Shown in pieces: positions 1-7,626 of a DNA stretch of 16,719 bases. The notes beneath the pieces are model-generated. The model made no database searches. It was not told where the DNA came from and worked only from the letters and a program-made list of their open reading frames with translations. Numbering within the stretch: position 1 is the first letter of the stretch; each line of letters begins with the position of its first letter. The position numbers and the translations under genes were made by a program. The stretch comes from Limisphaerales bacterium (GTDB lineage: Bacteria; Verrucomicrobiota; Verrucomicrobiia; Limisphaerales; JAJOIW01): NCBI GenBank assembly GCA_965657355.1, contig CBFHOE010000001.1:409564-426282 (forward strand). The letters run 5' to 3'.

Positions 1-251
1 TTGTAGGATTCGATGAAAAGATCTAGGTGGCAGCAACAGAAATCATCCCCATTAGCAGGCAAAGTCTTCTGAGGTTCGTCTGAACGGCACTTGCCACACC
101 CGGCGGAATCAACCCGAAATGCTTCAGTGTCTGGCTGGATGTCGGACGCTCCAAGGCAGCCAAATTGACAAAAAAGAAAACCCGCCATCACCATTAATAA
201 TGCTGATGAAATGCCTTTTTTGGTCGTTGCTGTTTGGAATAATCCGATCAC
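1..251 (-). CDS. Partial (3'-truncated by window edge) small Cys-rich hypothetical protein with N-terminal hydrophobic segment; DUF2946-like layout
   Basis: Manual translation from GTG at 251-249 (in-frame TAA at 263-261 upstream) is open for 83 codons to the window edge: MIGLFQTATTKKGISSALLMVMAGFLFCQFGCLGASDIQPDTEAFRVDSAGCGKCRSDEPQKTLPANGDDFCCCHLDLFIESY... It has KK followed by a hydrophobic stretch, then CxxxC, CxxC and CCCH motifs. Absent from the ORF track, probably because its stop lies outside the window. Start codon uncertain. Confidence 0.7.
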   Translation of the reverse strand, partial: MIGLFQTATTKKGISSALLMVMAGFLFCQFGCLGASDIQPDTEAFRVDSAGCGKCRSDEPQKTLPANGDDFCCCHLDLFIESY

Positions 252-376
252 CTTATAGAATTATATATTGCTACTAATAAACCTGATAAATTCGAAGTCA
301 ACCACATTTGTGGCTAAGTTCGCTACCTTTTGAGCGTGTTATGCAGGCTAAATCTTAAGCTTATTTATTCAATATA

Positions 377-3300
377 TCACAATTTATCCGATTTGTTTGA
401 TCTGTGATAATTTGGTAATTGGTCGAGTTTAGAATAAACTCTTAGCGTTTCACTGACGCCCCATGCCTGAGCTTGGCATCCTCTTTGAGTGTGTGGATAA
501 TTCCCATCCAAAACCTCGGGTATTTGTCCGTAGCATCCGCGCCACAGGTTTCTCTGCTGACTCAGAAGATACGATTTCGCTGCTTCCACCGCCTGAGGTT
601 CATAGTCGTAGGCAACGGCCAGAGCTTCACAGAATCCGGGAAATGTCCATGTCCATGCTGTTCCGTTATGGTAAGCTGGTTTTCTTCTCGTGTCCTCGTC
701 TCCCTCATACCTGGGCCAATAGGGATTTTTTGGATCGTTTAATGGATGTCCATCGTTTGAAAAGATAGGGAGTTCATGTTCCACAGGCAACGGGGCAAGA
801 GATCTTAGAGCCCCGGGGATGACTAAAAAGTCTCTAACTGAGTTGACAATGCGCCTTGCTTTATCACCAGCGATAAACCCTAAAGATACGGCAAGTATTT
901 GGTTGCTCCTTAGTGCTGAATCTTGAATTGCGTCTTTTGCCTTCGTGTTCTTTTCAGCGACCAATAAATCGGATAAATAACCAAGGTCTTCCCTCCAAAA
1001 TAAATCAATTATGGAATGACTTACTTTAGTTTTCAAAATTTCCCATTCTTGCCTCTCAGCATCACTTTCAGAAAATCGAACCATCAAATTGATGAGCCTA
1101 TGCCACATTATTTGAATCTCAATAGGATATCCTTCTCTTGGCGTGCCTGCGGGAAAATTAGTGTCCATCCAAGTGTAATGAGATGGACTCCATATTAAGC
1201 CGGAATCGGGATCCATTTTCATCCCTGCCGGTGTTCCCTTTTTATAATGATTGGCTATAGATTTTAAAACATCTAAAAAAGTTCTTTTCTTGTCGCTAAC
1301 ATTCGTTTTGAAAATGTCAGCAATTCCACTTTCTTCCAAATCCTCGCACAAAATACCATACCAGAGGGGAGCATCGGATGTATGCCTGTTTGAAAGGTCT
1401 CCGCCGTGAATTGTGTTTGGCAGAGTTCCTTGATCTTCATACCTACCAAAATTTTCTAATATACCAATAAGCTCATCGATCATGCCTGCAGTCACCATTC
1501 CCCTAGCAACGATAAGAGTATCCCTGCCCCAATCCAAAAACCATGGGTAACCCGCTACAACTGTGCATCCTTTCTCTCTGGTGACTACAAATTGCCGAAG
1601 TGCAGATTTTAAGTAGGTATATAAATCAGGTTTCAAATCTTTGGCTTGAACAAATTTTTGCTCAGATTCCTCGGCTAGATTTGTAACTTGAGATTTTTTA
1701 TCAAAAATTTCCGATGTTATTTTTAAAGTAAAGGAATCATCCTCAGTCATATTTGATTGGAACCAACCGGGGCTGAAAGCATCTCCGGCACCTTCCTGAC
1801 CCCTGGATTTTTCTACCGGATGAGATATATTGTGATAGACCTCAATCTCTCGGTGGAAACTGGCGTTCTGCGTCGTCACTTTCAGTTGTCGTGCTTCTCC
1901 TGAGTCAAGGACGAAACCTCTGTCGCTTCCAGATACATATTTGGTATTGGTTCTGAAATGGTTTGTATATTGTTCATCAAGTTTAGATTGGGTATGGAAA
2001 TTTCTGTCTTCAATATCGACGCGTGCGATGATAGCCACGGAAGTCTCCCGGTCGGTAATGTAATTCTCGATCAATTTTGTCTCAATAGTAACCGTATTTT
2101 CTCCCGGAAGCATGTGGGCGACAACTTTATAAACGGCCAATAGGACCACTCCGTCATTTATCTCAAAATCCCACACTGCCTGATCGCCATAGGCCCGGAA
2201 TGATTTGAGATTTTCTTTGTTAAGCGCGGATGTCCTATTTCCAATTTTGGACCACAGCCTTAATCGCTTTACGAATATGTGCCTGTCGACGGGCAGGTTG
2301 TAGTGGAGATTTGATCCGAGAACGCAATCATATTTGCTGTCCACTTGACCTAAATCTATCCTCATAAGCGCCATCCCTCCCCGTCTATTAGTCAAAAGAA
2401 CACAAGGGGCTTCCGGGGCTTCTGAAATAAAATTTGGGCCTGTAACTGGTGGCTGGGTCTCGGGAATCGGGCTATACCTTTCAATGTGTCCAACAATATT
2501 TGTTCTCGGATCGCGATCTTCAGGGGTAACTACTAATCTGATTCTTCTTCCGAGCTTTATTAAAGTTGAAGGTGAGATAATCACCAGGTGTTCATTTTTA
2601 TTAAGATGCGCTGAGCGTAGTTGAATCGAGTTGGGAGAATGGCACGTATTTTTATGTTCCAATCCATTTTCTTCCAAATTCATCCGTGCTTTGAATGGCT
2701 GTTCATGATGAATGATCAACCAATGATTGTCCGGAAGAACATAAACTCTATCAGCATCAGAGGCACACCAATGAACAACACGGTGATAGGAATGCCTTGT
2801 CATTATTGACTCCAATTCATCAAGCCAACGATTTTTCCAAGCAGTCTTTGGTATATGGACCAGAGCCTCTAAAAATGCCTCTCTTCTTTTTTTAAAAAGC
2901 TGAACTAGAGATTCGGGGTTTTGATAGGAAATCTTTTCTTTCCCTGAAAACTGAGAGACTAGATCCCAGACAAGGGAGATATTCTGGTCCTGAAAATAGT
3001 GCTTGGTTTGACTTCTGATTAATGGAAGGTTTGGGGTTTGTGTTTCCGATAAAACGTATACGGATCCGGGTGGGAGAGTGACTTTACCTGATTCAGAGGC
3101 ATCTAGTAACTCTGGTATCACGTTTCTTGATGGGGTTTCCCCGAATAGATCATATAACTGGCTGTGACTCTGAAGATTAATAACCGCCTCATCTACTGAA
3201 CCAAATTCTTCAAAGTCGTTGTTGACCAAAATATAAACGCTGGATTTGCTCGAAAAGCTGGTTCTTTTCCAGACAATCGTAGGAGCCGCTTTTTCTGTCA

Positions 3301-4849
3301 CTAGCTCAAGCTTAGAATGTTCATCAAACCCAGGGTGTTGGGCCAAAACATTGTTTATTTGGCTGATAAGTTTTACTAAGTTGTTTTTATTCCCCCATCG
3401 AAGACCGGATTTATTGTGGACTTGTATTTTTTCATTGGCCAGCCATTCAGCACCGGTTGTAAAACCAAAAGCTCCATTTGCACTGAGAGCGGCGCACAAC
3501 TTATTTCTAAAGATCGACCAGTCTTTGCCCTTGGATGCCAATCTGTTGTTGTCATGTGTTTCACTGAAGTGGACAAAACACCCTAAACTTTGGCTCATAG
3601 ATTCTGAAAACTGAGGGTATGCAAACAACTGCTGATTTGATTCATTTTGGAAAAGTTCGGAGTAGGCCCATTGCATTCCGCCTTCCTTCAAAATGGAGGC
3701 TGTTGCCTCAACAGCGCCACCTAGGCCTTCCAAAAAGAATATGGTATCAGGAAATTCTTTTAATACCTTCGCTGTTATGTATCTCCAAACAGGAAGGGGC
3801 ACCTGATAGCCAGCATCACAACGGAAACCGTCAACGCCCCTTCGGCACCACGTCAAAAAAGCTTCTGCTATCATTTGTACCTGTTCTTTTTGTTCATGAT
3901 TAAGGGCGACCAGATCCTCCCAAACTGTTCCCCAAGCGCCAGGGCTCATGAATTCACCATCATTCTGTCGTACGAAAAATTCAGGGTGGTTTTCAAATAA
4001 CTGACTCCCCCATCCCGTATGATTGATGACTAGGTCTATAAAAAGCTTTCCCCCTTTAAGATGGATCTTTTTTGTTAATTCTTCGAATTGCTCGAGTGCT
4101 GTTGATTTTTTGTCAAATGTGGCAATAGATGGGTCTATATCGACCAAGCTATTTCCCGCATACGGGCTTCCCATTCTGCCTAATTTAGTGTCAGTAAATG
4201 GGACTGGATTGACTGGCATTAGTTGAATAATGCGGCAACCAAGCTTGTCTATTATGAAATCAACTTCCTTTAACAGATCCCGTAAAGTTCCTGAATTAGG
4301 CTGTATCCAATTCCCTCTTTTTTCGATCTTCTTAAATTCTTTTTCTTCACTTTCGAAAATTCTTTTCGAAAGAATTTTGCCTTGATCCATGAGTCTTGGC
4401 CAAGCGCAGTAAATAGAGTTTCCTCTTCTCCATATGTTACGATGGACTTTGATAGAAATATTGTCACCTTGGGGCCAATGAGCTTTGCCGTCTGAAAGCT
4501 CTAAAAAGGGCTTGGCCCAAAAAAAACCAGCTCTCGGAACTAAAACGTCAATATTCCACTTAAAAGTGTAGCGTTTTCCATCACCCCCCGAACCCGCCCT
4601 GGTCATCTGATAATCTCGCCATAATTCAGTCGATTCACCCGTTGAATTATCAAAAGAATCTTGAATATCCTTTTGTATTTCTTCTGCCAAGAATAGATTC
4701 GTTCTTAAAACCGCTTCTAAACCATTAATTGGCTGCAGTGAGGTTGCATTAAGGGATATGGTTAACCTATCACCGGGATAAAAAATACCCCTGGGAGATA
4801 TATCGTAGTTGAGATCAATGCGATGCGGCTGGACATATTCCATACTCAT
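377..4849 (-). CDS. Glycogen debranching enzyme-like fusion: N-terminal GH13 alpha-amylase-family domain plus C-terminal amylo-alpha-1,6-glucosidase (GDE_N/GDE_C, GH133-type)
   Basis: 1490-aa ORF. GH13 conserved regions: DLVINH (I), DGFRCDAG (II, nucleophile Asp), FFLEGLG (III, acid/base Glu), SETHDN (IV). GDE_N-like start VLLTNRRGG. GDE_C motifs AGYPWFLDWGRDT, SDAPLWY, TWMD, YHNGTAW, GQIPE, QAWG. Confidence 0.92.
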   Translation of the reverse strand: MSMEYVQPHRIDLNYDISPRGIFYPGDRLTISLNATSLQPINGLEAVLRTNLFLAEEIQKDIQDSFDNSTGESTELWRDYQMTRAGSGGDGKRYTFKWNIDVLVPRAGFFWAKPFLELSDGKAHWPQGDNISIKVHRNIWRRGNSIYCAWPRLMDQGKILSKRIFESEEKEFKKIEKRGNWIQPNSGTLRDLLKEVDFIIDKLGCRIIQLMPVNPVPFTDTKLGRMGSPYAGNSLVDIDPSIATFDKKSTALEQFEELTKKIHLKGGKLFIDLVINHTGWGSQLFENHPEFFVRQNDGEFMSPGAWGTVWEDLVALNHEQKEQVQMIAEAFLTWCRRGVDGFRCDAGYQVPLPVWRYITAKVLKEFPDTIFFLEGLGGAVEATASILKEGGMQWAYSELFQNESNQQLFAYPQFSESMSQSLGCFVHFSETHDNNRLASKGKDWSIFRNKLCAALSANGAFGFTTGAEWLANEKIQVHNKSGLRWGNKNNLVKLISQINNVLAQHPGFDEHSKLELVTEKAAPTIVWKRTSFSSKSSVYILVNNDFEEFGSVDEAVINLQSHSQLYDLFGETPSRNVIPELLDASESGKVTLPPGSVYVLSETQTPNLPLIRSQTKHYFQDQNISLVWDLVSQFSGKEKISYQNPESLVQLFKKRREAFLEALVHIPKTAWKNRWLDELESIMTRHSYHRVVHWCASDADRVYVLPDNHWLIIHHEQPFKARMNLEENGLEHKNTCHSPNSIQLRSAHLNKNEHLVIISPSTLIKLGRRIRLVVTPEDRDPRTNIVGHIERYSPIPETQPPVTGPNFISEAPEAPCVLLTNRRGGMALMRIDLGQVDSKYDCVLGSNLHYNLPVDRHIFVKRLRLWSKIGNRTSALNKENLKSFRAYGDQAVWDFEINDGVVLLAVYKVVAHMLPGENTVTIETKLIENYITDRETSVAIIARVDIEDRNFHTQSKLDEQYTNHFRTNTKYVSGSDRGFVLDSGEARQLKVTTQNASFHREIEVYHNISHPVEKSRGQEGAGDAFSPGWFQSNMTEDDSFTLKITSEIFDKKSQVTNLAEESEQKFVQAKDLKPDLYTYLKSALRQFVVTREKGCTVVAGYPWFLDWGRDTLIVARGMVTAGMIDELIGILENFGRYEDQGTLPNTIHGGDLSNRHTSDAPLWYGILCEDLEESGIADIFKTNVSDKKRTFLDVLKSIANHYKKGTPAGMKMDPDSGLIWSPSHYTWMDTNFPAGTPREGYPIEIQIMWHRLINLMVRFSESDAERQEWEILKTKVSHSIIDLFWREDLGYLSDLLVAEKNTKAKDAIQDSALRSNQILAVSLGFIAGDKARRIVNSVRDFLVIPGALRSLAPLPVEHELPIFSNDGHPLNDPKNPYWPRYEGDEDTRRKPAYHNGTAWTWTFPGFCEALAVAYDYEPQAVEAAKSYLLSQQRNLWRGCYGQIPEVLDGNYPHTQRGCQAQAWGVSETLRVYSKLDQLPNYHRSNKSDKL

Positions 4850-4943
4850 CTCATAGCTGGTATCATTCCGACACTCAATAGAATAAAAATTAGAATTTGG
4901 TTTTCAAACTGAATTCATGTCGAAAAAAGAGATGGTAGTGCAA

Positions 4944-4975
4944 AATTATAATTAACTTAATTTGATTTGAATCAA
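4944..4975. promoter_or_regulatory. Possible divergent sigma70-type promoter element between the debranching enzyme and sulfatase genes
   Basis: Perfect palindrome AATTATAATT (4944-4953) gives TATAAT on both strands. On the - strand TTGATT (4975-4970) lies 19 nt upstream. No good -35 on the + strand. The region is AT-rich, so a chance match is possible. Confidence 0.3.
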
Positions 4976-5002
4976 CATCTCGGCTCTGATTTTATATTTC
5001 AC

Positions 5003-6781
5003 ATGCAATTTCCATTATCTGTCAGAGGAATATTACCTTTAGATTTTAAAAAAAATTTATCATTCCTATTAATATTTTTCTTTTTCGTTGTCTCTGTAAT
5101 CGGTGCAGATCGCCCTAATATCATCCTTATCATAACTGATGATCAGGGTTACGGTGATATCGGTGCGCATGGAAACAAGATAATAAAAACTCCCAACCTG
5201 GATAATTTGCATAGTGAGTCGGTAAGACTGACTAATTACCATGTGGACCCCACTTGCTCTCCTACACGTTCGGCTTTGATGACAGGACGATATTCCACGA
5301 GAACAGGTGTCTGGCACACCATCATGGGCAGATCAATCATGGCTACAGACGAGGTCACTGTAGCAGAAATTTTAAGAGATAATGGATATAATACAGCCAT
5401 GTTTGGGAAGTGGCATTTAGGGGACAACGCGCCGGCCAGGCCACATGACCAAGGATTTGAATACGCCCTTTACCATGGTGGCGGTGGCGTCTGGCAAACC
5501 CCTGATTATTATGGAAATGACTACTTCGACGATACTTATTTTGAAAATGGTAAACCAAAGAAGTTCACTGGTTATTGCACGGACGTCTGGTTTGACGAGG
5601 CAAGAAAATATATTCAAGAAAAGAATCAAGAAAAGGATCCTTTCTTTGTTTACATTTCCACCAATGCCCCTCACGGGCCATTTTGGGTCGATGAGAAATA
5701 CAGTCAGCCATACAAAGACTTAGGTGTGGCATCCCCGATGAGTGAGTTTTACGGAATGATCACCAATATTGACGAAAATATAGGAAAATTGCGCCGGGAT
5801 TTGAATGACTTGGGTATTGATGACAACACGCTTCTTATTTTCACAACCGACAACGGAACAGCTGCAGGAATTTCCAGAAATAAATCCGAAAACGCATGGA
5901 ATGGTTTTAATGACGGTATGCGTGGCCAAAAAGGTTCTGCCTACGATGGAGGTCACCGAGTACCGTTCTTCGTCCACTGGCCTGATAATGGTTTATCCAC
6001 TGGGAGAGACATTGAGCAACTAACAGCCCATATTGATGTCCTACCGACGTTGATATCTGCAGCAGGCATCAAAGGCTTTGACTCGCCTAATAGTATTGAC
6101 GGAAGGAATCTCATGCCCTTAATGCGAGGTGCGAAGATAAAATTGTCTAGAACCTTATTCGTTCATTCACAGCGAATAGATCATCCTGTTAAATGGAAAA
6201 CATCCTCAGTAATGACAGACCGGTGGAGGCTGATAAATGGGCTGGAGCTTTATGATATTGTCGCTGACCCTGGACAGATGTCCGATGTATCCGGAGCCAA
6301 TGGCGAGGTCGTGGCTAAACTGCGCGGCGCTTATGACAAATGGTGGGATTCTATAAACACTAGATTTGAGGAATATGTCCGTATAAAAATTGGATCAAGT
6401 GCTGAAAACCCTTCACTAATCACCGCCCATGACTGGCATCCAGTAAAGATAAACGGCAAATTTTCCGGGGTTCCATGGAATCAAAACCACATTAAAAATC
6501 AGCCGTTTTTTAATGGGTATTGGGAGATTGAGGTCGCCTCAAAAGGAAGATACGAATTTATATTAAGACAGAAGCCAGCCCAAACTAACTTCATCATGAG
6601 CGCCAATAGAGCTGAAATAAAAATTGGTGGGAAAACCATGACCAGCGAGGTACCTTTAGGCGCAGACGGTGTGAGATTTCTTGTCGATTTGGATGCCGGC
6701 CCTACCTCGCTGATTACCAAACTGACTGATGCTAATGGAAAATCGAGAGGTGCTTTCTTTATCGAGGTTAGAAAGTTATAG
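5003..6781 (+). CDS. Secreted/periplasmic formylglycine-dependent (Cys-type, S1 family) arylsulfatase with C-terminal extension
   Basis: Motifs RPNIILIITDDQGYGD, CSPTRSALMTGR (CxPxR signature), FGKWHLG, APHGP, TTDNG, RGQKGSAYDGGHRVP. Signal-peptide-like KKNLSFLLIFFFFVVSVIGA precedes the catalytic domain. The ORF track starts at TTG 4967; the in-frame ATG at 5003 seems more likely, but the start is uncertain. Confidence 0.93.
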   Translation: MQFPLSVRGILPLDFKKNLSFLLIFFFFVVSVIGADRPNIILIITDDQGYGDIGAHGNKIIKTPNLDNLHSESVRLTNYHVDPTCSPTRSALMTGRYSTRTGVWHTIMGRSIMATDEVTVAEILRDNGYNTAMFGKWHLGDNAPARPHDQGFEYALYHGGGGVWQTPDYYGNDYFDDTYFENGKPKKFTGYCTDVWFDEARKYIQEKNQEKDPFFVYISTNAPHGPFWVDEKYSQPYKDLGVASPMSEFYGMITNIDENIGKLRRDLNDLGIDDNTLLIFTTDNGTAAGISRNKSENAWNGFNDGMRGQKGSAYDGGHRVPFFVHWPDNGLSTGRDIEQLTAHIDVLPTLISAAGIKGFDSPNSIDGRNLMPLMRGAKIKLSRTLFVHSQRIDHPVKWKTSSVMTDRWRLINGLELYDIVADPGQMSDVSGANGEVVAKLRGAYDKWWDSINTRFEEYVRIKIGSSAENPSLITAHDWHPVKINGKFSGVPWNQNHIKNQPFFNGYWEIEVASKGRYEFILRQKPAQTNFIMSANRAEIKIGGKTMTSEVPLGADGVRFLVDLDAGPTSLITKLTDANGKSRGAFFIEVRKL

Positions 6782-6798
6782 TCCGAAAATTTGATTAA

Positions 6799-6836
6799 TG
6801 CTGCGCGCTAGATTTGAATCCCAATCTAACCCAGCA
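6799..6836. terminator. Imperfect hairpin between convergent genes, possible terminator
   Basis: TGCTG...TAGATT-N8-AATCTA...CAGCA in the 69-bp gap between the convergent stop codons. It pairs better on the - strand through G-U pairs. No clean U-tract. Confidence 0.35.
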
Positions 6837-6850
6837 AGCTTTCGATGAGT

Positions 6851-7450
6851 TCAGGGAAGGTTCTCAAGATACAAATCCATGGCTTGGCGAATGTTTTTCG
6901 GATTCAGCAAATCATTAGTTTCGTATGCGATGATACCCATAGACTCCATGTCCTGCGGTCTGTTAGATACATGATCTATATAAAGGATATCATCAAATTC
7001 CAGACCATGAGATTTCTTTAAATCTTTAATTTGGTTTTTCGGGGAATCGGTAGTGATGGAAACGATTTGGAAATAGGACTCAAGATCCAGATCCCTCAAA
7101 AGCTGCCTAGCGATATCGGACCTAGCCGTCGAACACAAAACGCACAAGACGATGTCCTGATCAAAAAGCCATTGGAGTCCGATTTTTGTCTTCTCAGCAA
7201 CTCTAACAGGATTGTCGTTGCTGTCGTAAACTTCATTTGCATCTCTTTCAAAAGGGGGACAGAGTTGGGTGAAAGATGGCCCACCGCAGTCCAAAATACA
7301 TCTATCAAGTCCTAGAACGACCAATTTTGGTTTTGATCCCTCCAATGATTCTAATTCCGCGTGCTTTTTGTCCAACATGTAACGAGACAGAACCTGCTGC
7401 AACACGTGATATGCATCAAGATTTTTTTGAATCCCATCGCGAATCCCCAT
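6851..7450 (-). CDS. HAD-superfamily protein of the magnesium-dependent phosphatase-1 (MDP-1/Acid_PPase) type with degenerate catalytic motifs
   Basis: 199 aa. PKLVVLGLDRCIL resembles MDP-1 motif I (PKLxVFDLDYTLW); also PPF, STARSDIARQLL (cf. ASRT...ARQLL), LDLESYF, GLEFDDILYIDHVSNR (cf. G.xxxxMLFFDDExRN) and MGI (cf. LGV). Reference motifs are recalled from the family, not from an alignment. Confidence 0.72.
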   Translation of the reverse strand: MGIRDGIQKNLDAYHVLQQVLSRYMLDKKHAELESLEGSKPKLVVLGLDRCILDCGGPSFTQLCPPFERDANEVYDSNDNPVRVAEKTKIGLQWLFDQDIVLCVLCSTARSDIARQLLRDLDLESYFQIVSITTDSPKNQIKDLKKSHGLEFDDILYIDHVSNRPQDMESMGIIAYETNDLLNPKNIRQAMDLYLENLP

Positions 7451-7626
7451 TCACATGAGGCTTCCATGTGTCCTTATTTTAGATTTAAAAATTAAGTTTC
7501 TATAAAAAATTGCCGTAAATTACTGGTATTACATCACTTTAAGCTAGTTTTTTGTGCTAAGTAACTCAATCACCTGGCTTGCGATTTTTTAAATAAGTGA
7601 AATGATAATTACATTAATTATTTAGT

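Noticed and set aside
298..317. Small hairpin TTAGCCAC-AAAT-GTGGTTGA (- strand) downstream of the debranching gene
   Set aside because: Short stem relying on G-U pairs with no proper U-tract; too weak to call a terminator or operator.
463..4467. Short ORFs (60-122 aa) overlapping the debranching gene on either strand
   Set aside because: Fully nested in a long, motif-rich CDS, with no recognisable motifs; expected shadow ORFs.
4967..5002. TTG start of the sulfatase given by the ORF track
   Set aside because: It would place the signal peptide unusually far from the N-terminus; ATG 5003 or a later start is more plausible.
5048..5055. A8 homopolymer near the sulfatase 5' end (another A8 at 4519-4526) as a phase-variation tract
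   Set aside because: Runs of 8 A/T are expected in AT-rich sequence, and both reading frames are intact.
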